Assembly: GCA_037441845.1 (NCBI GenBank)
Contig: JBBIRK010000005.1
Coordinates: 1 to 64,000 of the forward strand
Reading direction: 5' to 3'
DNA: 64,000 nucleotides
Source: Candidatus Zixiibacteriota bacterium
GTDB lineage: Bacteria > Zixibacteria > MSB-5A5 > UBA10806 > 4484-95
Each line of letters opens with the position of its first letter. Positions within the stretch are counted from its first letter, which is position 1. Shown piece by piece: positions 29,714-40,083 of this stretch. The translations under genes were made by a program, and so were the position numbers. The notes under the pieces are model-generated. The model was not told where the DNA came from. It saw only the letters and a list, made by a program, of their open reading frames with translations, and ran no database searches.

Positions 29714-30501
29714 CCAGATGGGGCCGAGCGGCGGCGTTCATAACGATGATTGCGGTTATGGTCACGATGCTGTTTCCGCTTTCGTATATGGTGTGGCTTT
29801 CGCTGAAATCGGAAACCGGCGACGCCTTGAACTGGATGGAAAATTACACGGCGATTATGTCTCGGGGGCGACTGTGGCTTTTTATGTTGAACAGCGCGGT
29901 CGTGGCCGTTGCGGTAACGCTCGGCAATCTGGTTTTTTGCTTGATGACAGGTTATGCCCTGGCGCGCGGCAAATTCGTCGGGTCGAAGGCTTTGTATTTT
30001 TCGGCCGCCGCGACTTTAATGATTCCCTCGCACATTCTTATCATTCCTATATACATGCTCACCAGCAAGATCGGGCTGTTCGACACCTACTGGGCGTTGA
30101 TATTGCCATTCCTGGTCAGTCCGCTCGGGGTCTTTTTGATGACCCAGTATATCCGGGGATTGCCCGATGATTGCGAACAGGCCGCTCGGATAGACGGCGC
30201 CGGCGAATTGACGATATTATTCAGAATCGTGGCTCCGCTTTGCCGGCCGGCGCTGGCGGTTCTGGCGATCCAGATATTCATGACGAATTGGAACTCGTTC
30301 GTATTCCCATTCGTGCTGACTTCGTCGCCCGAACTTTACACTCTTCCGGTCGGTATGGCGATGATGCAAGGGATGCAGGGTATGGGGACGCCGTTGCTTA
30401 TGGCCGGCTGCACGATAACCACTCTGCCGGTGATCGCGGTGTTTCTTTTATTTCAAAGGCAAATTGTCGAGGGGATAACCGCTGGAGCGGTGAAAGGATA
30501 A
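29710..30501 (+). CDS. Carbohydrate ABC transporter permease (MalG-like)
   Basis: GYALAR, QAARIDGA, WNSF and FQRQIVEGITAGAVKG motifs. Confidence 0.92.
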   Translation: MTRWGRAAAFITMIAVMVTMLFPLSYMVWLSLKSETGDALNWMENYTAIMSRGRLWLFMLNSAVVAVAVTLGNLVFCLMTGYALARGKFVGSKALYFSAAATLMIPSHILIIPIYMLTSKIGLFDTYWALILPFLVSPLGVFLMTQYIRGLPDDCEQAARIDGAGELTILFRIVAPLCRPALAVLAIQIFMTNWNSFVFPFVLTSSPELYTLPVGMAMMQGMQGMGTPLLMAGCTITTLPVIAVFLLFQRQIVEGITAGAVKG

Positions 30502-30576
30502 GAGATCGCAATGAAACAACTCTTTCAAGAATCATTGCCGACGATTTTTCTTGCCGGTCAAATATGAATGAGAAAA

Positions 30577-32355
30577 TCATCTCGAAAAATAATCGATTAT
30601 CCCATCGCCTATAGCTTTGGCGAGTGATTTTTGGAATTTTTCCTGCTTAAGTTTGGCTTCCTGCTCCGGAATCATCATGAAGGCGCACTCTATCAACACC
30701 GCCGGAAAATTGCTGATTCGGGCCAAGGCGAGATTGCCGTAATACAGGCCGTGGTCCGGCAGATTTGTCGCATGCAATATCCGGGCATGAATTTTTTCCG
30801 CAAGCTGCCGGCTGAACGGGAAATAATAATAAGCCGATGTGCCATTGTTTACGAATGGATTGATACCATCGGGCAGAGCATTGTTATGAATACTCACCAG
30901 CAGATCGACGTCATTAGCCACGGCAAAATCGACTCTGTCGGTTAACGCCACGTTTTCATTTCCGCTTCTCGTCATCAGAACGGTAGCGCCCTTCATTTCG
31001 AGGTATTCGGCGAGTTTTTTGGATATCCACAAATTGGCGTCTTTTTCGGCCAATCCGGTGGGACCGATAGCACCGCTATCTTCGGAATGACCGGGATCGA
31101 CGACGATTTTAATCCCTTCGAGCGGCCTGCCCTTGCGAAATTCGCCCGGCTTTTTCTTTATCCGCAAAATGAACCGATTCCCCTCGTAGCGACCGCTATA
31201 TCCCCAGAGTCGAGGGTCCGACCATTGCGCCCGAAACCTTAAAATTCCGTCTTGAGGTTGAGACCAACTGAGGTCTTTCAAAAATTCCCCTGAGCAATTG
31301 AATCTAATCCAATCGATATTCGACACCGCGCCGAACAAATCAAATTCGATTCCCCCCTCGCATTCTCTGATATCGTAAGGCAGGCGGTCCCCCACGTTCA
31401 TATAGATTTCGACACAGTCGACGTATTCATCGACCTTTACGTTGGTGACTTCTCCGCGCGGCGGCCGACTTCCGATCGGCTCCATTGCTGCGTCCGCTTT
31501 TCTGATATAACCATCGTTATTCTCCGCCAGACGCACACGATAGAAATCGGGAGTTTCTCCGCTGTAAAGCAATCGTACCCCCGGCGGCACGTTAACCAAT
31601 CTATACCCCTTATCCGGCGCAACCCTTAATATCCGGGGGCGCCCGATTATTTTCAATACCTGCAATTGGTATTCGGGCAACGGCACTACGAAAAAATCAG
31701 TGCTATCGAGCATGGTTTGCACCGCCGCATTGGAATTCGAATCGGAATAAACCATATACGCCAGAATCACCCGCGATGAATCACCCGCCTTGTTCATAGG
31801 CAAACAGCCATAATATGCGACATAGTCCCTCGCCTGATTCCGCAATCCGGCTGACATTCCGAAGACATTCGAGGACGTATCATCGGAAACAACACGGTAC
31901 ATCAACGACCAGTCCTTCATTTCCGAAAATCGGCAATAGGGCTGACCATTCTTGCCAGCCAATATCGTGAATTCGAAAACATCGTCCTTATCGAGCACGG
32001 TTCTACCGGTCGGTTTTATCGATGACTTGACGATTGGGGCAAGCGTGCTCGGCGCCGGAGGACCGATTGTTACATTGAGGCTTTCCCGCGCCGTGTCGTC
32101 GTTAACGGTGGAAACGAGTCTGAAAGTGAAATCACCGGGATCGACTTTAAGGAATGCCAGAAATCCACCTTCATCATGTACTGGAATACGTATCCCGTTG
32201 ATTTTCAGCTCGGCACCCGGCTGGGTGTTGCCGAAAATGAAAGTCGAATCCACTAACGGTAAGCGCTGCCCGGCTTTCGGATAAATCACCTGAATATAGT
32301 TGCCGGCGTAAGCCGCCGCATATAGGAAAATAATTCCCAGAATCACTCGTATCAT
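30577..32355 (-). CDS. N-acetylmuramoyl-L-alanine amidase (Amidase_3), exported, multi-domain
   Basis: Signal peptide; VVDPGH, EKDANL, SIHNNA and AVLIEC motifs. Confidence 0.92.
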   Translation of the reverse strand: MIRVILGIIFLYAAAYAGNYIQVIYPKAGQRLPLVDSTFIFGNTQPGAELKINGIRIPVHDEGGFLAFLKVDPGDFTFRLVSTVNDDTARESLNVTIGPPAPSTLAPIVKSSIKPTGRTVLDKDDVFEFTILAGKNGQPYCRFSEMKDWSLMYRVVSDDTSSNVFGMSAGLRNQARDYVAYYGCLPMNKAGDSSRVILAYMVYSDSNSNAAVQTMLDSTDFFVVPLPEYQLQVLKIIGRPRILRVAPDKGYRLVNVPPGVRLLYSGETPDFYRVRLAENNDGYIRKADAAMEPIGSRPPRGEVTNVKVDEYVDCVEIYMNVGDRLPYDIRECEGGIEFDLFGAVSNIDWIRFNCSGEFLKDLSWSQPQDGILRFRAQWSDPRLWGYSGRYEGNRFILRIKKKPGEFRKGRPLEGIKIVVDPGHSEDSGAIGPTGLAEKDANLWISKKLAEYLEMKGATVLMTRSGNENVALTDRVDFAVANDVDLLVSIHNNALPDGINPFVNNGTSAYYYFPFSRQLAEKIHARILHATNLPDHGLYYGNLALARISNFPAVLIECAFMMIPEQEAKLKQEKFQKSLAKAIGDGIIDYFSR

Positions 32356-33350
32356 TTTCGCGCAATCACTCCAATCCCCGGGCGATTGGGATATTTCAGA
32401 TAACCATTCACCGCTTTTACGCCGTCGAAAGGATCATCGTTTATCAAGATGTTGCCGTCGAGGTCAACGTAATCGACCAATGGCGCAATCTGGGCGGCCG
32501 CAGAAATCGCAATCGAGGTTTCAATCATGCAGCCGATCATGACCTTCATTTTCAAGGCACGCGCCACACAAATCATTCTGTATGCCTCGCGAATGCCGCC
32601 GCATTTTTGCAGCTTGATATTGATCCCATCGACTAGGCCGAAATATTGCGGGATGTCCTCGGCCCGCATGATTCCCTCATCGGCGATAATCGGTATATCC
32701 ACTTTTTTTCTAAGAAGCCTGAACCCCTCGAAATCTTTCCAGTGCAGCGGCTGCTCCACGAATTCAATATCGTATTCAGTAAGCGTTTTTATCTTTTGAA
32801 CCGCCTCCCGTGCGTTCCAGCCGGCGTTGGCATCGACCCGGATCCTGGCGTTGGTAGCCTCGCGCACGGCCGCCACCATATCGATATCTCCGGGAACTCC
32901 TACTTTCACCTTATACACTTGGTATCCGGGATTTTGAATCGTCTGTTTTTTCATCGAATCGGGATCGCTGATCGAAATCGTGTAGGATGTTGCGATATCA
33001 TCCCGCGGAGTAATTCCATAAAGCGCATAGACGGGCAAATTCAAATCTTTACCGAGCTTATCGTGCAGAGCGATATCTATCGCCGCTTTGGCCGCGCCGT
33101 TGCCGGCGGCGATCGAATCCAGAGCGGTGGACAGATTTTCCAAGTTGTATATGTCAAGCGCAAGTTTTTCGGACACACGATCAATGAAGCTTAACACGGT
33201 CTCCACGCTTTCCCCGTAGTAATTCACCGGGGAAGCCTCACCGAGACCGCCGTCGATATCGACTATCACCAGGCGCTTGGCGTCGGCGGCTCCGTGCGTC
33301 GTTCTGAAAGTATTTTCCAACGTAACATCAACGGTACTTGTCTTGATCAT
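32352..33350 (-). CDS. L-Ala-D/L-Glu dipeptide epimerase (enolase superfamily)
   Basis: KVK, DANAGW, EQP, DE, NIKLQKCGG, GCMIE and DLD motifs. Confidence 0.88.
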   Translation of the reverse strand: MIKTSTVDVTLENTFRTTHGAADAKRLVIVDIDGGLGEASPVNYYGESVETVLSFIDRVSEKLALDIYNLENLSTALDSIAAGNGAAKAAIDIALHDKLGKDLNLPVYALYGITPRDDIATSYTISISDPDSMKKQTIQNPGYQVYKVKVGVPGDIDMVAAVREATNARIRVDANAGWNAREAVQKIKTLTEYDIEFVEQPLHWKDFEGFRLLRKKVDIPIIADEGIMRAEDIPQYFGLVDGINIKLQKCGGIREAYRMICVARALKMKVMIGCMIETSIAISAAAQIAPLVDYVDLDGNILINDDPFDGVKAVNGYLKYPNRPGIGVIARK

Positions 33351-34291
33351 TATAATACCACCGCGTTTTCGGTTATTTCGAAAATGCCTTCATCGGCATC
33401 TATGGTTGCCATGACTCCGATAGGTATAGTCATGTTTTCCTTACCATGGCCGCAGGCGACATTCCATAATTGGGGGACATCCATTTCTCCGAAATAATCA
33501 TCGAGAACCCGTTCGACGGTAAGACTGGGATAGGTGCGGCGGGTAATTTTGCAATTCAAAAAGGGCCCGAATATGAACCCGGAAGCTTGCGCTATGTCGC
33601 TGGCGGCGAAAAGATGGGAGAGATATCCATCGAGCCGATACGGTTCCTCATCGACGTCTTCGAGGAATACGATCTTGCCGGCGAGTCGGGGCAGGTATGG
33701 GGTTCCTATCAGTTTTTGGAGAAGCGATAGATTGCCTCCGGTGAGATTGCCCGTAGCCCGACCTTTTCCACGCCGAACGAAATCGCCCATTCTTTTGGGG
33801 TTGGTCTGCGCACCAACCGGCGAGGAGCTGGTTATAATCCGGAAAAGCCTTTCGGTCGAATATATATAATTTTTGCGGCAAATATCGATCGCGGGCATCG
33901 GACCGTGAAAGGTAATGAAACTCCGACCGAAGGTTTGAAGCAATACGGTGATATCGGAATAGCCGACGAAAATTTTCGGATTGTTCCAGATGGTTTTAAG
34001 GTCGAGATAATTTAACAATCTTTGGCAGCCAAAACCGCCCCTGGCGCAGAACACGGCCTTGACTTTTTTATCGGCGAAAACCTCGTTCAGCGCATCGGCC
34101 CTCGTTCGATCGTCTCCGGCGAGATATCCCAATTTCATATAGCATTGCGGGTGAATCCAAACCTTATAGCCGTAACTTTGAATTCTCCTGACGCCGAGAT
34201 CGAGATTTCTTTTCGACGGCGTTCCCGAGGGAGCGACGATGGCGATCCTGTCACCGGGTTTCAATGCCTTTGGTTTTATTTTTCCGACCAT
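33350..34291 (-). CDS. LD-carboxypeptidase, peptidase S66 (LdcA-like)
   Basis: APSG, RGGFG, GYSDIT (Ser), GGNL, FLEDVDE (Glu), GH (His); start moved to ATG 34291. Confidence 0.92.
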   Translation of the reverse strand: MVGKIKPKALKPGDRIAIVAPSGTPSKRNLDLGVRRIQSYGYKVWIHPQCYMKLGYLAGDDRTRADALNEVFADKKVKAVFCARGGFGCQRLLNYLDLKTIWNNPKIFVGYSDITVLLQTFGRSFITFHGPMPAIDICRKNYIYSTERLFRIITSSSPVGAQTNPKRMGDFVRRGKGRATGNLTGGNLSLLQKLIGTPYLPRLAGKIVFLEDVDEEPYRLDGYLSHLFAASDIAQASGFIFGPFLNCKITRRTYPSLTVERVLDDYFGEMDVPQLWNVACGHGKENMTIPIGVMATIDADEGIFEITENAVVL

Positions 34292-35397
34292 AAGTGATAG
34301 GCAACTCCGCCGTGAGCGACCCACACCCTCGTCAATTCGTCGATATCGTATGCGGCAAGCCCTTCCTGCGGATTGTCTCCGGCCGGGTCATTAACCAGGA
34401 CATTCCCCTTATCATCGAAACCGCGCACCACTATCAGATGCCCTCCGCCGGTGCTGTTGTAAGGCGCGCCTTTCAGCTTGCCGGGAGGGACATCGATACT
34501 GATTATGACGGGGTTGCCGGCGGCTATCTCCGGATATATTTCACCGAACGAGTTATGCCTTGCCAGCCAGGCTTTTGCCATCCCTAAATTATAGGCGGCT
34601 TGTATGTTATAAGGCCAATTGCCGTATATTTCATGTAAAGGATCATAGACGGCCAGACTCGTCTCCAGGTGATTATAATCGAGTCCGTGATAATTCAGGA
34701 CCATCGCCAGGCTGGTCGGGCTGCAGGTTCGGCTGGATATGGAATCGGGCAGTGTCCCTTGGGCGAAAAACGGAACCGACATCACAATCGGACTGATAGG
34801 CGATATCCGAGGATCATGACGAGCGGCAAGACTTGGGCCGGCGAAAGTGTTCGTATAGCAGATAGTCACCAAATCGACCATGTAAGGATAGGTGCCGCCG
34901 TTGAACGAATGAAAATCGAACGAGTAATTAGTATATTTACGATTCAATTTCAATATGTCGATATCCACTTTCCCGATCCCATGAATGCTGTCAGGATACT
35001 GATTTTTCATTGCGGTAATCAACGACTCGGGAAACGCTCCCCAGCATTGATAAAAAAACCTGTGCTTTATCTCTTCTTTATCGCCGATCCCGATTATGAC
35101 AGCCAGGCCGGCGTCGGTATCACAACGACAATTCCAGGTCAGAACTATTTCATCAAAAGGGAAATCGGCGCTGATAATCGGGCTGTATAAGCCGGCGTAT
35201 CGATCAGCGGCGGCGAATTTATCCGAATCGGATTGGGCATACATGTTTTCGAACCGGAAACCTATCCAATCACTCCCCTTGTCGAACATATCCAGACCGT
35301 GGATGGCTATCGGAGTCGCAGTCATTTCCCTCAGGACTATCAGCCCGGTCAGGGCTACGATGAAAAATAGGATTATAACCAATGCCTTAGTCTTCAA
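34276..35397 (-). CDS. Peptidase C39-like cysteine peptidase, exported or membrane-anchored
   Basis: VPFFAQ, CSPTSLAM, YGNWPYN, GHLIVVRG and VNDP motifs; N-terminal hydrophobic helix. Confidence 0.85.
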   Translation of the reverse strand: MKTKALVIILFFIVALTGLIVLREMTATPIAIHGLDMFDKGSDWIGFRFENMYAQSDSDKFAAADRYAGLYSPIISADFPFDEIVLTWNCRCDTDAGLAVIIGIGDKEEIKHRFFYQCWGAFPESLITAMKNQYPDSIHGIGKVDIDILKLNRKYTNYSFDFHSFNGGTYPYMVDLVTICYTNTFAGPSLAARHDPRISPISPIVMSVPFFAQGTLPDSISSRTCSPTSLAMVLNYHGLDYNHLETSLAVYDPLHEIYGNWPYNIQAAYNLGMAKAWLARHNSFGEIYPEIAAGNPVIISIDVPPGKLKGAPYNSTGGGHLIVVRGFDDKGNVLVNDPAGDNPQEGLAAYDIDELTRVWVAHGGVAYHLWSEK

Positions 35398-36187
35398 TTA
35401 TTCTCCTTACAGCTTTCAATCCGATCGACCGGCTTTTTAGATAGTTGGGCTTTTTCGCATTCAGACTGTTGATATGAACGCCGTTTTCCGAAACGCTCGA
35501 ATGGATGTATTCGTCCTCGGAAACGGCAACACCGACATGCCTTTTGAAAAACAACAGGTCCCCCGGCTTGATATCTTTTCGATCGATCTCGGTACCCATT
35601 TTTATCTGGTCTTTGGTGTCCCGCGGCAGTTTCAAACCGAAAAAGGCAAAATTGATCTGCACGAATCCGGAGCAATCGAAACCGAAAAAGCTCTTGCCGC
35701 CCCAAAGATAAGGTACTCCGAGGAATTTGAAAAGGTTATCGAGAAGAAGCTGAACCTTTCCCGAAACTAAACGGGGAATTCGCTCGAGCGGTATCGCGTT
35801 ACATTTATCGATCAAAAGAGCGCCGTAGCGAGGTGAATTTATCCTCAACCGGGAATCATCATGGTCGACAGCGTGAATCTGGGAGGCAAACGGCAAAAGC
35901 GTTAAGACTCTGGGGTTGCCCGATGAGCCGTCGGTCGCTTCGGCATATACGGAGGAAATTAGGTAATTTGCTTCACCCTGATCGTAATCCTCGGCCATGA
36001 AGCGATTGTTGATATAACCCTCGTAACCATCAGGCAATCTTACTAATGAATATTCATCGCCGCTTTCGAGAATCTCGAGTTTTTCATTGAATACAGCCTG
36101 CGTGAGTCGTTCCGACTTGAATTTCGGTTTGGCCCTGATATCGGCCACGTTAACCGCCACTCTGGTCACGAACTTTCCTTGCAGCAC
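35387..36187 (-). CDS. SH3-NlpC/P60 gamma-D-glutamyl-diamino acid endopeptidase (YkfC-like)
   Basis: PYLWGG, FDCSG, LPRD, DLLFF, HVG and IHSS motifs; N-terminal SH3-like region (DGYEGYI); no signal peptide seen. Confidence 0.9.
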   Translation of the reverse strand: MLQGKFVTRVAVNVADIRAKPKFKSERLTQAVFNEKLEILESGDEYSLVRLPDGYEGYINNRFMAEDYDQGEANYLISSVYAEATDGSSGNPRVLTLLPFASQIHAVDHDDSRLRINSPRYGALLIDKCNAIPLERIPRLVSGKVQLLLDNLFKFLGVPYLWGGKSFFGFDCSGFVQINFAFFGLKLPRDTKDQIKMGTEIDRKDIKPGDLLFFKRHVGVAVSEDEYIHSSVSENGVHINSLNAKKPNYLKSRSIGLKAVRRIIED

Positions 36188-37305
36188 CTGGGCAATCTTT
36201 CCGACATTCTGGTTAGAATCTCGTATGGAAAAGAGCCGGCGATCGAGGCCACCTCTTCGATTGTTATACGCTCATCGCCCTGCCGACCGATCAGCACGAC
36301 CTCATCCCCGGACTTGACATCTGGAATCCCGGTTATATCGGCCATTATCGCGTCCATGCAGACTTTTCCAACGATGGGGGCACTCCGACCATTTATCAAA
36401 ACCCGCCCTTTGTTCGAAAGCAGCCACGGCAATCCATCGGCATAACCCAAGGGAATAGTGGCTATAAGTGATTCCCGTTCAGGTGCGAATGTTCCTCCAT
36501 AGCCGATCGGCCGACGGGCAGGCCAAAGTTTAATTTTTATGACCTTGCTTTTAAGGCTCATCACCGGGAGGAATCGATCGGATAGCACGCCGTTCGGTGA
36601 CACACCGTAAAGAAGAATACCCACCCGGACTAAATTAAAACGATTTTCGTGACTATACAGCAGGCCGCCCGAGTTTTCGATACTTTTATAGGCGATGAAC
36701 TTTCCGTCATCAAGTTTATCGATCGTTTCGGCGAATTTCGAGTATTGCGTTTTCGATGAATTGCCTCCGTTCATCGCCGAGTTGGCGAGATTCGTGGCCA
36801 CCCCTATCACATTCAGATTTTTCAATTGCTGGATCGATTTGTAAAATCGACCGAGTTCGCCTGGATCAAGACCGTATCTTCCCATCCCAGTTTCGATCTT
36901 TATGAACACACCGGCTTTCTTGTTCAGCAAAGCCGCGGCGTTATTCAGAGCAATCGCATAATCAATATCATCGATTGTGGCGATCAGGTCGGATTTAACC
37001 AGACGCAAAGCCCTCTCCGGCAGATCCGGATACAAGACCACAATCGGGGTCCTTATACCATGGCTTAAGAGCTGTTCGCCTTCCTCGATCAATGCCACCC
37101 CTAAAAAGGCAGCCCCACACTTTTGGGCGCAGCGGGCGATTGCCGGCGCGCCGTGGCCATAGGCGTTGGCTTTGACGACAGCCATGATCGATATGTCATT
37201 TCCCGCCAGTCGGCGTATTTCCGCGAAATTCGCGGCGAATGCATTGAGATCGATTTCGAGATAAGCCGGACGGAAATCGTTCAATTTATCGGCGGCGATA
37301 TCCAT
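36166..37305 (-). CDS. alr: Alanine racemase (divergent)
   Basis: AVVKANAYGHG, TGMGR, RVG, IGYGG, GYADG and GKVCMD motifs; start 37305 or 37335. Confidence 0.88.
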   Translation of the reverse strand: MDIAADKLNDFRPAYLEIDLNAFAANFAEIRRLAGNDISIMAVVKANAYGHGAPAIARCAQKCGAAFLGVALIEEGEQLLSHGIRTPIVVLYPDLPERALRLVKSDLIATIDDIDYAIALNNAAALLNKKAGVFIKIETGMGRYGLDPGELGRFYKSIQQLKNLNVIGVATNLANSAMNGGNSSKTQYSKFAETIDKLDDGKFIAYKSIENSGGLLYSHENRFNLVRVGILLYGVSPNGVLSDRFLPVMSLKSKVIKIKLWPARRPIGYGGTFAPERESLIATIPLGYADGLPWLLSNKGRVLINGRSAPIVGKVCMDAIMADITGIPDVKSGDEVVLIGRQGDERITIEEVASIAGSFPYEILTRMSERLPRCCKESS

Positions 37306-38552
37306 GGTCGCCTGACCAGTTTCTGTTTTCGCCATAAATCCGAGACTGTTTCCCTTTCACGAATAAGGTAAGACTTCGTATCGTCCACAATAACCTCGGC
37401 CGGTTTCGGCCTGCTGTTATAATTCGACGCCATCGAAAACCCATAGGCGCCGGCGGTGAATATACAAAGTAAATCGCCCTCTTTCAATGATTGTAATTTT
37501 ATTCCTCTTGCGAATGAATCCGCGTTTTCACAAATCGGCCCGACGACATCGGTGGAATAGCGCCGGTTTCCCCGGAAAATGACCGGCTCTACGACATGGT
37601 GGGCGCCATATAGGGCAGGACGGATAAAATCATTCATGCCAGCATCGATTACGGCGAAACGCTTGCCCGCTCCTTGTTTAATATAAATCACCCTGGCAAG
37701 CAAAACACCGGCGTTGCCGATTATCGAACGCCCCGGTTCTACGATGAATTCGGCCTGAAGACCGCTGATATGCGGCAACAACGCCCTGACGTAATCATCG
37801 GGCATGGCGGTCTTGTCGGATTTCGAGTAGGGAGCCGCCCAACCTCCTCCAAGATCGAAATATCGCAATCGGATACCTTTTGCCAGCAGTTTCGAAAAGA
37901 GGCTCTTCAACTTCATAGATGCTTCGACAAAAGGTTTAACCGAACGTATTTGTGATCCTATATGCATCGAAATACCAACAGGGTTAAGCCATTTTTTCGA
38001 TTTAATCTTCAAGTATAGCCCTTCCGCCTCGCCGGCAGGTATGCCGAATTTTTCTTTTTTCAGTCCGGTGGCGATATGCCTATGGGTCAGCGGATTGACA
38101 TCAGGATTAACGCGCAAAGAAACGGGAGCGGCGATTTTCAGCTTGCCGGCGATTTTGTCGATCGTTTCCAATTCGTTCGCCGATTCGACTCCGAAGAACA
38201 CTACACCGCCTTTGAGCGCCCGCTCGATTTCATCTTCTCTTTTGCCCACGCCCGAGAATATTATGCGCTTTACGCCGGCCCTTTTGGCGGTAAGATATTC
38301 GCCGATCGATACCACGTCGCAACCATAACCGAGCTCGGCGATAATTCTCAACAACGTCAGATTCGAATTGGCCTTCACGGAATAGAATACGCTGTGCGAT
38401 AAACCGGCAAAGGCACTCGAGACCACCCTAAGATGACGGACTATTGTTTTCAAACTATAAACATAAAGCGGTGTGCCATACTTGTCGGCCAGACTCGTAA
38501 GCGGCACCTTTTCGCAAAACAACTCACCGCGACGGCGGTCGAAATAGTTCAT
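37281..38552 (-). CDS. lysA: Diaminopimelate decarboxylase
   Basis: YSVKAN, HIGSQ, DLGGG, EPGR, GPICE and GAYGFSMASNYNSRP motifs. Confidence 0.95.
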   Translation of the reverse strand: MNYFDRRRGELFCEKVPLTSLADKYGTPLYVYSLKTIVRHLRVVSSAFAGLSHSVFYSVKANSNLTLLRIIAELGYGCDVVSIGEYLTAKRAGVKRIIFSGVGKREDEIERALKGGVVFFGVESANELETIDKIAGKLKIAAPVSLRVNPDVNPLTHRHIATGLKKEKFGIPAGEAEGLYLKIKSKKWLNPVGISMHIGSQIRSVKPFVEASMKLKSLFSKLLAKGIRLRYFDLGGGWAAPYSKSDKTAMPDDYVRALLPHISGLQAEFIVEPGRSIIGNAGVLLARVIYIKQGAGKRFAVIDAGMNDFIRPALYGAHHVVEPVIFRGNRRYSTDVVGPICENADSFARGIKLQSLKEGDLLCIFTAGAYGFSMASNYNSRPKPAEVIVDDTKSYLIRERETVSDLWRKQKLVRRPWISPPIN

Positions 38553-38553
38553 A

Positions 38554-40065
38554 TCAATAATTTTCGATAAAATACGCGCAAAGTTTATCCTGCCAGGCGG
38601 TCAATTCTTTTTCGGGGGCAACGGCGCCGTTTATGATAATGGCAAACGCAATCAGTTTTCCTTTCTTGCTGGTGAGATATCCCGAGAATGCGCTGACATT
38701 GGCGATTCGGCCGGTTTTGGTTCTCATCTTGCCGGCTAAGGGTTGACCGGGAAGGCGATTGCGAACGCTGCGGTCAACGCCCGGAATCGCCATGGAATTG
38801 TAAAAAATTTCGAACGTCGGGATAGTTTTCATATATTCAAGCAAGGAAATTATCGCCGCAGGCTTGACCAAGTTCAAAGCGGACAAACCCGAACCATCGG
38901 CCATTTTGACATCGTCTTTCGTAATTCCGATCGATTCCAGCCAATCGGCGACAACGCGAGTGGATACCGAAAAGGAACCCTCACCTCCCAGAGTTTTGCC
39001 TATGGTCTTCAACGTTTGTTCGGCAAAAAAGTTTTGGCTGTTCTTGTTGATAACCGACAATACCACAGGCAAAGAATCGGACAGCCAATCGAAAATAACC
39101 GTGCCGTCGTCGACGCTATGAAAGTCTCCGATTTCCCCTATGCCGCCCGAAACGAAAATTCCCTCCTCCCTTAAAACATGAAGCAGAACCAAAGCGGCGT
39201 ATCGATCAGGATCGGCCACGGAAATGTACTCGGTGATTCCGGCAGTATCATCGATCGCCAAGCCGCCGAATATCAGCGCCGAATCGCTGCCCGGATAACG
39301 ATAAAAATCTATTGTCGGGGGAAGACCGGCCGGCAAAGTAATGATGCGATTGACGAATTTGATAAAATCGAGCGGAGGATTCTGTCTCACCAGACAGGCA
39401 TCGCCCAATTTTCGCCCAGCGGAAATTTTCAAATCGACGCAATTATCGTTAAAGGAAAAGGCCGATATCGGACAAGCATACCAATATGAAAGATCGTCAT
39501 GCGACCAACCTGGACCGAGATCGTCGTCTTCGAAAAACGCATTATTCACCAGGATATTTCCGGAAATCGCACTGATTCCTCGTAATTTAAGACTATCGGC
39601 CCAGAAACGAAATATCTCAAGCATATCGTTTCGGAATCGACCCGAAATCAGTGGATCTCCTCCCGCTTCAATAATAAGATCACCTTCAAGTTTTCGTTTT
39701 GGATAGTCAATTTGACCATTTGCCGCCACCGACGTTTTGAAACGGAACGTCGGGCCGAGAAGTTGCAGCGCCGCGGCGCTGGTAAACAGTTTCAGATTCG
39801 AGGCGGGAATAAATCTTTTATCGGCATTCATTGCGAATAATACCGCACCCGATTCGATATCCTTAAATATCAAGCCTACATGAGCGCCGGCTATTGACTT
39901 ATCCAACAACAATGTCTCCAGCGACGCCGGCTGTGGGACCGCATTAGGATCAATGCAGAGAAACAGGACGCATGACAAAAACAGGCGGAGATGTAATTGA
40001 CCGGAATCAAGAAGCCTGCCCATTCCAAGAACGGGCAGGCTTTTTTTGAGTTTCGGGAGCGTCAT
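38554..40065 (-). CDS. dacB: D-alanyl-D-alanine carboxypeptidase/endopeptidase, peptidase S13 (PBP4)
   Basis: PASNLK, GGDP, SQNFFAE, DGSGLS and KTG motifs. Confidence 0.92.
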   Translation of the reverse strand: MTLPKLKKSLPVLGMGRLLDSGQLHLRLFLSCVLFLCIDPNAVPQPASLETLLLDKSIAGAHVGLIFKDIESGAVLFAMNADKRFIPASNLKLFTSAAALQLLGPTFRFKTSVAANGQIDYPKRKLEGDLIIEAGGDPLISGRFRNDMLEIFRFWADSLKLRGISAISGNILVNNAFFEDDDLGPGWSHDDLSYWYACPISAFSFNDNCVDLKISAGRKLGDACLVRQNPPLDFIKFVNRIITLPAGLPPTIDFYRYPGSDSALIFGGLAIDDTAGITEYISVADPDRYAALVLLHVLREEGIFVSGGIGEIGDFHSVDDGTVIFDWLSDSLPVVLSVINKNSQNFFAEQTLKTIGKTLGGEGSFSVSTRVVADWLESIGITKDDVKMADGSGLSALNLVKPAAIISLLEYMKTIPTFEIFYNSMAIPGVDRSVRNRLPGQPLAGKMRTKTGRIANVSAFSGYLTSKKGKLIAFAIIINGAVAPEKELTAWQDKLCAYFIENY

Positions 40066-40083
40066 CGGCCCCTTACACTTCCA

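Noticed and set aside
30508..30538. GCAATGA/TCATTGC inverted repeat as a bidirectional terminator
   Set aside because: Short AT-rich stem, 17-nt loop and no adjacent U-tract
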